DNA from: Fibrobacteria bacterium
GTDB lineage: Bacteria > Fibrobacterota > Fibrobacteria > UBA11236 > JADFYW01
Direction: 5' to 3'
Assembly: GCA_965261055.1 (NCBI GenBank)
Contig: OZ253440.1
Span: 625,564-689,563 of the forward strand
Length of the DNA: 64,000 nt
Part shown: positions 1 through 9,844 of the stretch, piece after piece
Position numbering within the stretch: the first letter of the stretch is position 1
Layout: the number at the start of each line of letters is the position of its first letter
Translations under genes and position numbers: made by a program
Notes under the pieces: generated by a model
What the model was told of the DNA's origin: nothing
Databases searched by the model: none
What the model saw: only the letters and a program-made list of their open reading frames with translations

Positions 1-506
1 CTATAATCTGGCTGCAATAATAACAATAAGAAAAATAAAATTGCAACGATAAGTAAATTCAACAAACCTTTTTTAAAGTTATCTTTAATTATATTCTTTT
101 CAGTTATTTTAAGGGAATAAAATAAAATAAAACCTAATTTCGCAAACTCAGAAGGTTGAATTCCAAAAATCCACCTTTTAGCTCCATTCAAACTCACAGA
201 ATTAGGTGCAACAAGTAAAACAAACAACAACAATAGAGAAAGAATACCAATTGGCCTTGAAAATTTATACCAAAACGAGAAGGGAATATAAAAAGTAATT
301 AAAAGACATATAAGACCTAGGATTATCTTTTGAAAATGAGATACAAAATAAAACAAGTCAGAAAGACCTTTAATTTGAGCATGATTTGCAGAAGAACTGT
401 ACATAAAAACTAATCCAAAAATTAATAATATAGAGACAGAAATCAAAATAAAACGATCCGAGTCTAAAAACTTTTTTACATAACTTTTTTTTAAAATTCT
501 ATTCAC
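1..506 (-). CDS. ftsW: SEDS-family lipid II flippase/peptidoglycan polymerase (FtsW/RodA-like), N-terminal part; gene continues beyond the window start
   Basis: Reverse-strand translation from a GTG at 506 gives VNRILKKSYVKKFLDSDRFILISVSILLIFGLVFMYSSS...GAKRWIFGIQPSEFAKLGFILF...LLLQPDY. The GA-RW-x-GxQPSE-AK and QPD motifs are diagnostic of FtsW/RodA. It lies 7 nt downstream of the murF stop. It is absent from the ORF track because it is truncated by the window edge. Confidence 0.7.
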   Translation of the reverse strand, partial: MNRILKKSYVKKFLDSDRFILISVSILLIFGLVFMYSSSANHAQIKGLSDLFYFVSHFQKIILGLICLLITFYIPFSFWYKFSRPIGILSLLLLFVLLVAPNSVSLNGAKRWIFGIQPSEFAKLGFILFYSLKITEKNIIKDNFKKGLLNLLIVAILFFLLLLLQPDY

Positions 507-513
507 TTTTACT

Positions 514-1917
514 TTAATTAAAATTTAATTTTTCTGCAAATTTCTCTAAACTAGGACTTCTAGAAGCCTTGACTAAAATCATATCTTCAAGATCCAATAA
601 ATCTTTAACCTTGGAAACAGCAGAATCAATTGTCTCATATTTGAATACACTACGCTTTGGCATTTTTTTTGAAATAGCTCCTAAACAATACTGTTCTACG
701 CTTTGGCTTTTACCTATACAAATTAAATAATCTATAGCCTGACTCGCAATATATTCTCCTACTTCAAAGTGTTTTTTTAAACACATTTCCCCCAATTCTT
801 CCATTGCTCCTAAAACAGCAAATTTTCGTCCTTTAATCTTAGACAAGGCTAAAATTTCTATAGATTTTTTCATAGAACTAGGGTTTGCGTTATAGCAATC
901 GTTTAAAATAGTAGCACCTTTTATTTTCAAAAGTTGATTTCGAATACCATCTGAAACAAAATCACTCAATGCTTTGGAAACTTGTTCTAAACTTAAATTT
1001 AATGCACTACACAAAGCAAAAACTAATAATTTATTTATAATTTGATGTTCACCAGATAGATTTGATTTAATAAAAAAATGATTTAAGTTAAAAGACGCTC
1101 TTTGAAAAGCATCATAAGAAATTGCTTTGACCTTAAAATTTTGATTTTGATTTTTCAAGCCTACAGAAATTATTTTAAAATCTTTTCGTTTAATTTTTCT
1201 TAAAAAAGAATCATCTCCATTAATAACCAAAGTTCCTTTAAAAAAGGGTAAAAAAGAAGTTTTTTCAAGGTAGACATTTTCCAGTGTTTTAAAAGACTCT
1301 AAATGACTCTCACCTATGTTGGTTAAAATAGCGAAATGAGGATTAATAGCATCAAATAAAGGCTTAATTTCTCCTGTATGGTTTGTTCCTATTTCAAAAA
1401 CGGCAATTTGATGTTGTTCTCTTAAACCCAATAAAGATTTTGAAACTCCAATTTTATTATTAAAACTAGCTGGTGTAGATAAAATAAAACCTTTTCCTAA
1501 CACTTCTTGAAGAGCAAAAGACAAGCAGTTTTTAACCGTAGTTTTACCATTAGAACCTGTTACTATAATTTTTTTACAATCAAATAAACTTTGGTACCAA
1601 TGAGCTAAGTCTAATAAACTTTGTTTAGAATCTTTAACAAAAAAGAAAGGCACTTCTAACAGCATTTCTTCTAAGCTTTCTTTTTTACTTTCACAAGCAA
1701 CAACTGCTCTAACTTCTTTTTTTTGGATTATCTTCTCAATATAATCATGTCCATCAAAGTTCTCACCTTGCAAAGCAAAAAAAATATCACCTTTTTTTAT
1801 TGTTCTAGAATCTGTTGAAAAAAGGATATGACTTTCTTTAAAAACAAAAGATTTCGAAGGCTTTCCCAGAACATTTTCTAAATCTAATTCTGAGATTAGC
1901 ATAAATTTTGATACCAT
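514..1917 (-). CDS. murF: UDP-N-acetylmuramoyl-tripeptide--D-alanyl-D-alanine ligase
   Basis: 467 aa with a Mur ligase P-loop (VTGSNGKTT) and Mur ligase middle and C-terminal domains. It sits in the dcw cluster after murE and overlaps the murE stop. Confidence 0.9.
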   Translation of the reverse strand: MVSKFMLISELDLENVLGKPSKSFVFKESHILFSTDSRTIKKGDIFFALQGENFDGHDYIEKIIQKKEVRAVVACESKKESLEEMLLEVPFFFVKDSKQSLLDLAHWYQSLFDCKKIIVTGSNGKTTVKNCLSFALQEVLGKGFILSTPASFNNKIGVSKSLLGLREQHQIAVFEIGTNHTGEIKPLFDAINPHFAILTNIGESHLESFKTLENVYLEKTSFLPFFKGTLVINGDDSFLRKIKRKDFKIISVGLKNQNQNFKVKAISYDAFQRASFNLNHFFIKSNLSGEHQIINKLLVFALCSALNLSLEQVSKALSDFVSDGIRNQLLKIKGATILNDCYNANPSSMKKSIEILALSKIKGRKFAVLGAMEELGEMCLKKHFEVGEYIASQAIDYLICIGKSQSVEQYCLGAISKKMPKRSVFKYETIDSAVSKVKDLLDLEDMILVKASRSPSLEKFAEKLNFN

Positions 1918-3350
1918 TTTATAGTCTCAACATCACTCAAATGCACTTTAGAATCACCTAATATTTGATAATCTTCATGACCTTTTCCAGCAATTAAAAT
2001 ACAATCACCCTTCTTAGACTCTTTCAAAGCTTTCAAAATACATTCTTTCCGATCTAAACAAATTTGAGTATTTGAATCTTGCTGTATTCCTTCTAAAATA
2101 TCATTCACTATTTCTTGGGGGTCTTCTAAACGAGGATTATCATTCGTAATAAAAATTAAATCACTCAATTCTTGGGCAACCTTCCCCATTAAACGTCTTT
2201 TTTGTTTCTCTCTATTTCCTCCACATCCAAATACACAAATAATACGTTTATAGTTTAATTCTTTTAAACTGATTAAAACCCTTTTTAAAGCGTCTGGGGT
2301 GTGAGCATAATCAACAATAGCTAAACGATTCTGATTTAGAAAAAATGGTTGTAAGCGACCAGATACAACAATAAACTCTATTGATTCATAAATTTTTTGA
2401 TAAGAAAAATTCAATGAAAACCCTAAAGTAATCACCGCCAATAAATTTTCTAACTGAACCTCTCCAATCAGTTTTGTTTTAAATAAATAATCTTTATTTT
2501 GATAACCTATCTTAAACTCCATTCCTTGGTTGTTCGTTTGATAAGATTTCAAAAAAACATCTACATTAGCTTGTTCTTTCTTAGAGAATGTCATCCATTT
2601 TTTAGGAACTTCCTCAATAAGCCTTTTTCCATATTCTTGATCAAAATTAACAATACCAATTCCATCTGACGCAAGATATTCCTCAAATAATTTTTTTTTA
2701 GCCCCATAATAACTTTCAAAATTTAAATGGTAATCTAAATGATCTTGAGATAAATTTGTAAAAATAGCTCTGTGATATAAAATGCCATCTACTCTTTTCT
2801 GCTCTAAAGCATGAGATGAAACTTCCATAATCAGGGAATCACAACCTTTTTCTACACCTTTCTTTAGCAAAGAAGCTAATTCAAATAAACCGGGCGTTGT
2901 TAATGAAGATTCTATTTTTTGTTTTCCTAAACTATATTGAATCGTACCAAGTTGAATGACTTTTTCCTCTTGAAGCAAAGATTTTATCAAATATGCAATT
3001 GTGGTCTTTCCATTTGTACCTGTAATACCACAACAAAACTTTAACTTTTTATAAGGATTGCCATAAAAAGAATACACAATACGACTCAAATTTTCTTCTA
3101 AAGTTGGTGCATAAATTATAGGAATACAAATATTGTCCCACCGTTCTAAAGGGATATTTGTTAAAATAGCATAAACTTCGTTATTTATTGCTTCTTGTAG
3201 ATATTTCTTGTCTATAGTATTTAAAACTAAAAACAAATCTCCCTTTTGAGATTTTTGAGAATGATTCGAAATACCCAAAAAAACTTTAGAACAATGTCCC
3301 TTGACTCCTAATAGACCAGAATTTTGTATAATTTCATCAAGAGATATCAT
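1896..3350 (-). CDS. murE: UDP-N-acetylmuramoyl-L-alanyl-D-glutamate--2,6-diaminopimelate (or L-Lys) ligase
   Basis: 484 aa with GITGTNGKTT, and a DNPR motif region (ITNDNPR) typical of MurE. It sits between ftsI and murF. Confidence 0.9.
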   Translation of the reverse strand: MISLDEIIQNSGLLGVKGHCSKVFLGISNHSQKSQKGDLFLVLNTIDKKYLQEAINNEVYAILTNIPLERWDNICIPIIYAPTLEENLSRIVYSFYGNPYKKLKFCCGITGTNGKTTIAYLIKSLLQEEKVIQLGTIQYSLGKQKIESSLTTPGLFELASLLKKGVEKGCDSLIMEVSSHALEQKRVDGILYHRAIFTNLSQDHLDYHLNFESYYGAKKKLFEEYLASDGIGIVNFDQEYGKRLIEEVPKKWMTFSKKEQANVDVFLKSYQTNNQGMEFKIGYQNKDYLFKTKLIGEVQLENLLAVITLGFSLNFSYQKIYESIEFIVVSGRLQPFFLNQNRLAIVDYAHTPDALKRVLISLKELNYKRIICVFGCGGNREKQKRRLMGKVAQELSDLIFITNDNPRLEDPQEIVNDILEGIQQDSNTQICLDRKECILKALKESKKGDCILIAGKGHEDYQILGDSKVHLSDVETIKWYQNLC

Positions 3351-5122
3351 TTTAAAAATAATTTGTACTGATGATTAGACGTTAAAACTATATTAGGTCT
3401 TGGCTCTTGAAACTGAACAACTCCATAACCTTGATAAGAAAAAGATCCTACCAAAGGCTTCATTTTTTGAATAGCTTCATTTAAAGTGAGCCCAACTAAA
3501 TTTGGCATCACTTTTGTTTCACTTTGTTCTAAAATATTTTTCCCTTTTTTAGAGGAGTAAAGTTTAACTTGAGCTAAATTAATAGATTTTTTAGTTTTTA
3601 GTTTTGTAACTAGAATTTTTTTTTCTTTTCTGTCTAGAGCATATTTAGGATCTTTTAGCATGCGATCCATAATCCTTTTAAAAACAGGTGCAGCTGATAA
3701 ACCTCCATACTTATGAGTTTTAGGTTCATTAATAATTACAATTCCAATATACTTAGGATTGTCTGCTGGAACCATTCCAATAAATGAAGAATTAAATTTT
3801 TCTTCAGAATAACGTCCTGTCATTGAATCTATTTTTTCAACAGTTCCTGTTTTACCCCCTATAGTATATTCAGAATTTCGAATACCTCTAGCTGTACCAT
3901 ATTGAACTACTCCTTCTAGTAATTTTCTAACCTTTGCTGCAGTTTTTTCCGTAATGACTCTACGAATATTGATTGGAAAATTCTTTTCTTCCATCTCATT
4001 TTTGTGATTAACATAAGCTTTAATAATTTGAGGTTGAATTAAAACCCCCCCATTAGCGATAACACTAGCTGCAGTTAACATTTGTAAAGGTGTTGTTCCT
4101 ATTTCTTGACCCCAAGAAATTGTCATTTTAGATCGCTTACTCCATTCACTTACTTCTTTTAAATTCCCTTTTTCTTCTGCTGGTAATGAAATTCCTGTTT
4201 TATTTCCAAACCCAAAAGAACGCAAGTAACGATAAAATCCTGTAGAAGAAAATCTATTTGCAAGTTTTACTATTACAATATTACTAGAATGAGCCATTGC
4301 TTCACTCAATGAAATTTTTTGATTCCTTTTTGTGTCTCTAACAACAATGCCATCAACAAAATACTGTCCGTCTTCAGCATCAAATTTTTCATCAAAATCA
4401 GTCCAATTTTCTTCCAAAGCAATTGCTACAGTAAAAATTTTCATCGTTGATCCTGGTTCATAAATTTTGGAGATGGCTTGATTTTTCCAATTTTTCATAT
4501 CTTCAGAACTTTTTCTATTTAAATGATAAAAAGGATAATTTGCTAATGATAGAATTTCTCCAGTATGAGGATCCATAATCATGGCTATTCCATCTAAAGC
4601 TTGTGTTCTATTGACCCCCCATTTCAAAGCCGATTCTGTAATTTCTTGAATATTTTTATCTAAAGTTGTAACCACATGCTTACCATTAACAGCTTTAGAC
4701 TCTTTGTCCTTTAAACTAGGTGAAAGTTTTCGAGATGCATTCAGCCTATAATACTTCCAACCATTAGTTCCTTTTAAAATTTGATCTTGGTGATACTCTA
4801 AACCAAATTGTCCTTGATTGTTATAGCCCGTTGTTCCTAAAACTTGGCTAGCTAAAGAATTGTATAAAGCAACTCTCTTTAATTTTTTCTTATTTGAATC
4901 TAAATCAATTTCAATTTTAGCATTCATAATCAAAGACTCTAAATTTCTATCCCAAATTTCACCTCTTTTTGGATAATCTACCTTTCGTTTAATAGATTGC
5001 CTTATAGATGCTGAAGAATAGTAATCCTGATTCATGACTTGAATACTGAACAAGCGAAAAACAATTCCAAATAAAAAAATGGAAAAACCTACATAAAACC
5101 ATATGATTCTTTTATTGATCAT
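3347..5122 (-). CDS. ftsI: Penicillin-binding protein 3-like peptidoglycan transpeptidase (class B PBP)
   Basis: 591 aa with an N-terminal TM anchor, an STMK (SxxK) active-site motif, SSN and KTGT. It is in the dcw cluster position between ftsL and murE. Confidence 0.9.
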   Translation of the reverse strand: MINKRIIWFYVGFSIFLFGIVFRLFSIQVMNQDYYSSASIRQSIKRKVDYPKRGEIWDRNLESLIMNAKIEIDLDSNKKKLKRVALYNSLASQVLGTTGYNNQGQFGLEYHQDQILKGTNGWKYYRLNASRKLSPSLKDKESKAVNGKHVVTTLDKNIQEITESALKWGVNRTQALDGIAMIMDPHTGEILSLANYPFYHLNRKSSEDMKNWKNQAISKIYEPGSTMKIFTVAIALEENWTDFDEKFDAEDGQYFVDGIVVRDTKRNQKISLSEAMAHSSNIVIVKLANRFSSTGFYRYLRSFGFGNKTGISLPAEEKGNLKEVSEWSKRSKMTISWGQEIGTTPLQMLTAASVIANGGVLIQPQIIKAYVNHKNEMEEKNFPINIRRVITEKTAAKVRKLLEGVVQYGTARGIRNSEYTIGGKTGTVEKIDSMTGRYSEEKFNSSFIGMVPADNPKYIGIVIINEPKTHKYGGLSAAPVFKRIMDRMLKDPKYALDRKEKKILVTKLKTKKSINLAQVKLYSSKKGKNILEQSETKVMPNLVGLTLNEAIQKMKPLVGSFSYQGYGVVQFQEPRPNIVLTSNHQYKLFLK

Positions 5123-5420
5123 GGTGAGTTAACGGATAAATAGGATATATTTTTTGATGATAAACTAAATTATATTTCTTAGAGATTTTTTCTAAACGGG
5201 TAAAGCTTTCTAACCCATTAATGCGTATTAACTGCTTTGTCATCTCATTTTTAGAAATTTCTAACTGTTTCTGTAGTTGTTCTTTCTCTTGACCAAGAAA
5301 TAAATAATTGTTTGTATTACTCACTTTAAGAAATAATGCTCCCATTAACAAACAAAATACAAGAATAAGTAAAGGATAACTTATTTTTCTTCTTACTTTT
5401 ATTTGTAACCGTGCTCTCAT
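5112..5420 (-). CDS. ftsL: Cell division protein FtsL-like (small bitopic coiled-coil protein)
   Basis: 102 aa with a single TM helix followed by a coiled-coil-like region. It sits in the canonical position between rsmH and ftsI, and its stop overlaps the ftsI start. Confidence 0.55.
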   Translation of the reverse strand: MRARLQIKVRRKISYPLLILVFCLLMGALFLKVSNTNNYLFLGQEKEQLQKQLEISKNEMTKQLIRINGLESFTRLEKISKKYNLVYHQKIYPIYPLTHHDQ

Positions 5421-6382
5421 CTTATTTTTTTCATAACCCTTAATTTCGCACTACGAGAACGAGAGTTAGACTGAACCTCCAAGGCCCTTGGAATTAATGG
5501 TTTCTTAATTATTTTTTTGAGTCTCTGTTGTTTACCTCCACACTGACAAATAGGGTATTCTGAAGGACAAATACAATCGTTTTCATATTTTTTAAAAAGA
5601 TGTTTAACCCAACGATCTTCAACAGAATGGAATGTAATCACACAAATCCTTCCACCAACAACTAATTTTTCAACGGCTGATTTCAAGTTTTTTTCAACTT
5701 CTTTTTTCTCTTGATTCACTTCAATACGTATTGCCTGAAAAACCTGAGATAATATTTTAGATTGGTTATAAATTCCTAAAGGATATATTTCTTGTAAAGC
5801 TTCCTTAATCACTGATACAGTTTGATTGAAAACAATTTTTTCCTTTAATACTCTCCCTATTTTTCGTCCTAAGGGAAAAGAAATATCTGAATTACTAAAA
5901 AAACTCTGAGCAATTTCTCTCTGTGTATGAGATTCAATATAATCTACAGCATTTATTTTACTCTCTTGATTCATCCTCATATCTAAAGGACTTTTACCAT
6001 GTTTATAGGAGAAACCTCTGTAAGGTTGATCAAATTGATGAGAACTCACTCCTAAATCCAATAGAATACCATCTAAACTTTCATTAGAACACAAATTTTC
6101 TAATTCTGAAAAACGTGTATGTACTATCTTAATTCTAGACTCATTTTTAAATATTTTTGTTGCTCGTTTAATTGCATCTAAGTCTTGATCTATTGATATC
6201 AAACTCCCTTTAGAGCTTAATTTTTCTAAAATGGCTGAAGAATGTCCTCCGCTCCCTAAAGTACCATCAAAATAAAACCCATCTTTATTTTTGATTAAAA
6301 ACTCTACAGATTCTTTGAGTAAAACTGGTTTATGATAATCAACATCAATTTGTTTCATAACTTTTATAAAATAACTGTTCAA
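5417..6382 (-). CDS. rsmH: 16S rRNA (cytosine1402-N4)-methyltransferase RsmH (MraW)
   Basis: 321 aa with a DGTLGSGGHS SAM-binding motif. It sits directly downstream of mraZ, as in dcw clusters. Confidence 0.9.
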   Translation of the reverse strand: MNSYFIKVMKQIDVDYHKPVLLKESVEFLIKNKDGFYFDGTLGSGGHSSAILEKLSSKGSLISIDQDLDAIKRATKIFKNESRIKIVHTRFSELENLCSNESLDGILLDLGVSSHQFDQPYRGFSYKHGKSPLDMRMNQESKINAVDYIESHTQREIAQSFFSNSDISFPLGRKIGRVLKEKIVFNQTVSVIKEALQEIYPLGIYNQSKILSQVFQAIRIEVNQEKKEVEKNLKSAVEKLVVGGRICVITFHSVEDRWVKHLFKKYENDCICPSEYPICQCGGKQQRLKKIIKKPLIPRALEVQSNSRSRSAKLRVMKKIR

Positions 6383-6803
6383 ACTCTACACTTTCTTCAG
6401 AAGATAAATGCATCATAGAATCATAAGCTTTAGGACTCCAAAGACGAATTCCTTTTCCATCCCCTGTGAAAATAACTTCCTTTTCAATTTTAGCATACTG
6501 TATTAATTCTTGTGAAAGTAAAATTCGATTCTGCCCATCTAAAACAGATAGCTTCGCCATTGAGGTTACTCTTAAAGCAAAGCGAGAGCCTTGTCGGTTC
6601 TGTTTAGAAATAAGGTTAAGATCTGATTCTAAATAGTCTTCCCATTCTTTCAGGGGTCTTAGAATAAGAGAATTGTCAGTAAATAAAGTCACTACAACTT
6701 GACTTCCTAGGTCATCCGACCATTGCTTCCTAAACTCTAAAGGCAAACTTGTTCTAAATTTCTGATCCACAGAAACTACTGCTTTTCCAATAAAACTACT
6801 CAT
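6345..6803 (-). CDS. mraZ: Transcriptional regulator MraZ
   Basis: 152 aa with duplicated MraZ/SpoVT-AbrB-like halves. It is the first gene of the dcw cluster. Confidence 0.85.
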   Translation of the reverse strand: MSSFIGKAVVSVDQKFRTSLPLEFRKQWSDDLGSQVVVTLFTDNSLILRPLKEWEDYLESDLNLISKQNRQGSRFALRVTSMAKLSVLDGQNRILLSQELIQYAKIEKEVIFTGDGKGIRLWSPKAYDSMMHLSSEESVEFEQLFYKSYETN

Positions 6804-6887
6804 TTATAAACCAAAATAACCCATAACAAACCATAATCTACCACTTTTAAACACAAAAATCAAGTAATATTGTATTTTAAATACAAA

Positions 6888-6914
6888 AAAAGCCTCTAAA
6901 TGAGGCTCTTCTTT
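6888..6914 (-). terminator. Rho-independent terminator downstream of 6932..7396 (hairpin AGCCTC-TAAAT-GAGGCT followed by a T-run on the minus strand)
   Basis: Inverted repeat agcctc/gaggct with a 5-nt loop, flanked by an A-run on the + strand (a T-run on the - strand). It is located between the upstream minus-strand gene and the mraZ promoter region. Confidence 0.5.
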
Positions 6915-6931
6915 TTAATAGTTTTGTTAAA

Positions 6932-7396
6932 CTAATGACTCGAAGCTCTTCTACCGTGCTTAATTCCACCTTCAGATGTTTTAGCAACATTTTGCTCTGT
7001 ACTTAAAGGTTGAATATTTTCACCAACAGCCTGTCGTGGTTTCCTTTGAGGTAAAGGAGTCTTTACTTTTTCCGGAGTCGCCACTATCGTCTTAGCCGAA
7101 GTAGCTGACGAAGTAGAGGCCGCTTTCGCTTGATTTCCACCAGCCAAGCGTGTACGCTGACGCGGTTGTCTATTTTCAAATTGATTTGAACTGGTATTAT
7201 TAGATTTAGATGCATTTAATCTATTTCTGTCTTTGTTATAAGGTTTTACTTGTTTATTCCAGTCCAATTTGCCCACAGCAGGTTGTTTTAATGTGTATTG
7301 AATTTTTTTCAAAGATTTTAATACGATCAAAATAAGGACAAACAAAGCTACGTTTAAAATAACAATGAGGGACAAAACAATATTGATGTCTTTCAT
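6932..7396 (-). CDS. Hypothetical membrane-anchored protein with a basic, low-complexity Ser/Thr/Lys/Arg/Gln-rich tail
   Basis: 154 aa with an N-terminal hydrophobic helix (IVLSLIVILNVALFVLILIVL) followed by a compositionally biased basic tail. No recognisable catalytic motif. Its own terminator lies downstream. Confidence 0.4.
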   Translation of the reverse strand: MKDINIVLSLIVILNVALFVLILIVLKSLKKIQYTLKQPAVGKLDWNKQVKPYNKDRNRLNASKSNNTSSNQFENRQPRQRTRLAGGNQAKAASTSSATSAKTIVATPEKVKTPLPQRKPRQAVGENIQPLSTEQNVAKTSEGGIKHGRRASSH

Positions 7397-7624
7397 AAAG
7401 TTCCTAGTTAATGGTTAATAATATAAGTTTTAACTTAACTCAAATCAAAACTAAAATACCCTTGATGGGTCGTACAAATGTACTTATTGCCATATTCTTT
7501 TGCAACATCCACCTACTGAATTTTATTTCTTTATATTTCTTTATTATAGGCTACAATTGACTACAATTTTAAATGTTCAGTCTGTTTTTCTTCTAAATTT
7601 GTACACATACATGCTTCTAAATAA

Positions 7625-7810
7625 ATGATAGTCATAAATATAAAAGACTTAACCAAAAAACAAGACCTTCTAAATGTTATTTCTGAATCAAGTAACAAAC
7701 CTATGTTTGTCTTTAAACATTCTACAATTTGCCCTATTTCTTTACATGCAGAAGATCAGTGGAGCAAGTTTCAAAATACAAATCCTCAAGTTAAAAAGAG
7801 TTTTTCCTAG
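7625..7810 (+). pseudogene. Truncated YtxJ/bacilliredoxin-like thioredoxin-fold protein (N-terminal 61 aa only)
   Basis: FVFKHSTICPIS matches the TxxC motif region of the YtxJ/DUF2847 family. The ORF stops after 61 aa with tandem TAG TAG. The continuation (7674..7949, other frame) does not restore the family's C-terminal region. Likely decayed. Confidence 0.35.
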
Positions 7811-7857
7811 TAGCAGTTTGCTAGTAGAAATAATTATCACTCATTCAATCTTACCAC

Positions 7858-8844
7858 TTACTCAAAAATTGGAATTCTACGTGATAAACCCTTACGCGTT
7901 GAAATCCATAACTCCCTATTATTTTCCTCTAGAACAGACAACACTCTAAAACCTAATATTCCATATTTGGTATTACTTGCATTCCAAAAAAAATGTTTTT
8001 GAGGTTTTAAAAAATGAATCAATCCTCTTCTCGTTCCGATCCAAACCCCTTTCTCTAAATTAGTTTCTATCACATTAACATAATGTTTCAAATAGTGTTC
8101 TTCCTTAAATTTTACCCATTTTTGGTTTGCGTAAAGCCCTACTCCATTTTGTGTACCAATCCATAACCTCCCTAAACGATCAAATTTTAAGGCTGTTACA
8201 AAAGGATGAGGTAAAGCATTATTTGTGTTTTCTAGAGTCCAAGCTTTAAAATTAAACCCATTAAATTCAAATAAACCAAGTTGTGTTCCAACCCAAACTT
8301 TTTCATTGGAATCAACAGCGATTGCTTTAATTTTAGTGTATCCTATTTGACCTATAATTTTAGATTCTGGATAACTATCCCAAAGAATACCATCCAAACG
8401 AGCGAAACCTTTTCCAGTTCCTATCCACTTAACTTTTCTGTCATAGATGACCAAAGATAAAATACGATTATCGGGAAGCTTTCCAAAAGTATTTTCTTCA
8501 GTAAATTTTTCCCAAACCCCAAAAGAATAACGGTTCAAACCACCCTCTGACCCAATCCATAAAACTCCAAAAGCATCCACCTCTATACAATTTATAGTAT
8601 CGCTTAAAAGCTGATATTGTGTATTTTCAACTGTAAAATTTCCCCAAGATTCTGCTTGAGTAAAAACAAAAAGTCCTTTATTCGTTCCAAACCAGCGATT
8701 TCCAGAAGAATCTAAAGCCATTGAATAAATTGTTGACTCACTAATTTTAGAATCAGAGAGAAGGAATGACTCCCATCGAAAGTCAATTCCACCCACAGCC
8801 AAGGAAGCTGTCAATAATAAATAAAGAAATAAGAGTTTCATCAT
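7858..8844 (-). CDS. Secreted 7-bladed beta-propeller protein (two-component-regulator-propeller-type repeats)
   Basis: 328 aa with a signal peptide (MMKLLFLYLLLTASLAVG). There are seven repeats of the W(I/F)GTxxGL motif (e.g. RWFGTNKGLFVF, LWIGSEGGLNRY, VWIGTRRGLIHF). There is no kinase or Y_Y_Y domain. Confidence 0.6.
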   Translation of the reverse strand: MMKLLFLYLLLTASLAVGGIDFRWESFLLSDSKISESTIYSMALDSSGNRWFGTNKGLFVFTQAESWGNFTVENTQYQLLSDTINCIEVDAFGVLWIGSEGGLNRYSFGVWEKFTEENTFGKLPDNRILSLVIYDRKVKWIGTGKGFARLDGILWDSYPESKIIGQIGYTKIKAIAVDSNEKVWVGTQLGLFEFNGFNFKAWTLENTNNALPHPFVTALKFDRLGRLWIGTQNGVGLYANQKWVKFKEEHYLKHYVNVIETNLEKGVWIGTRRGLIHFLKPQKHFFWNASNTKYGILGFRVLSVLEENNRELWISTRKGLSRRIPIFE

Positions 8845-8951
8845 TGTGTCTCACTTACCTAATACTAAAAGTCTTTTGTGTTTTTGCAGTATAAACATAT
8901 AAATAAACTAAAGATTTAATTAAATTTTACTTTCAATTAAACTCTAATAGT

Positions 8952-9839
8952 ATGACTGTAAAAATTGGTTTTCAAGGTGAAGTGGGAGCATATGGCGAAT
9001 ACATTTGTAAAAATTTATCTGATAATGCTAAAGTCTTTAGCTATCATTACTTTGAAGATGTTTTTAAAGCCCTACAAAAAAAAGAATTAAATCTTGGTGT
9101 CATTCCTATTGAGAACTCACTTGTAGGTAGTATCCACGAAAATTTTGATTTGTTACAAAAATATCATTTTAAAATTATTAGCGAACGCCTTCTAAAGATA
9201 CAACACACTCTTATGTGTCGCAAAAACTCTTCTTTTAAACAAATCAAAAAAGTCTATTCCCATCCTCAGGCTCTTTCACAGTGCAGTGATTTTTTCAAAG
9301 AAAATCCTCAACTTAAACAAAAAGTTTTTTATGACACAGCGGGAGCAGCTAAACATTTGATGGAAAAAAAAATGCAAGATGGAGCAGCTATCGCCAGTTC
9401 CTATGCAGCAAAGCAATATGACCTACAAATTCTAAACGATAAACTTGCCAACTTAACTCAAAATTTTACTCGTTTTCTTGTTGTCACTCACCAAAATCAA
9501 ATAGAAAATATAAACGAAAAAATTAACCTCATTCCCTCCAATCTAGAAGACCAAGATTATAAAACATCCATTGCTTTTAGTCCAAAAAAAGAAGAACAGG
9601 GTATCTTATTTAAACTATTAGAGATTTTTTCGAAACGCAATATTAATTTCTTAAGAATAGAATCTCGACCTATTCCTAAACAAACTTTTGAATACATTTT
9701 TTACTTAGACATACAAGGTCAATGTAAAAAATCACCCACTAATCCAATCCAAGAAGCATTAGATTTGTTACAAGAAAATTGTTCTCAGTTTCAAAATTAT
9801 GGTTCTTACCCTATTGGATCAAAAATCAAAATGGATTAA
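8952..9839 (+). CDS. pheA: Prephenate dehydratase (PDT domain + C-terminal ACT domain)
   Basis: 295 aa. It has a PDT catalytic region, and the conserved ESRP motif (LRIESRPIPK) lies in the ACT regulatory domain. Confidence 0.85.
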   Translation: MTVKIGFQGEVGAYGEYICKNLSDNAKVFSYHYFEDVFKALQKKELNLGVIPIENSLVGSIHENFDLLQKYHFKIISERLLKIQHTLMCRKNSSFKQIKKVYSHPQALSQCSDFFKENPQLKQKVFYDTAGAAKHLMEKKMQDGAAIASSYAAKQYDLQILNDKLANLTQNFTRFLVVTHQNQIENINEKINLIPSNLEDQDYKTSIAFSPKKEEQGILFKLLEIFSKRNINFLRIESRPIPKQTFEYIFYLDIQGQCKKSPTNPIQEALDLLQENCSQFQNYGSYPIGSKIKMD

Positions 9840-9844
9840 CCGAC

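Noticed and set aside
9779-9844. N-terminal extension of rph to 9779 as in the ORF track
   Set aside because: It overlaps the pheA 3' end by 60 nt. The conserved RNase PH N-terminus begins at the ATG at 9845, directly after the pheA stop.
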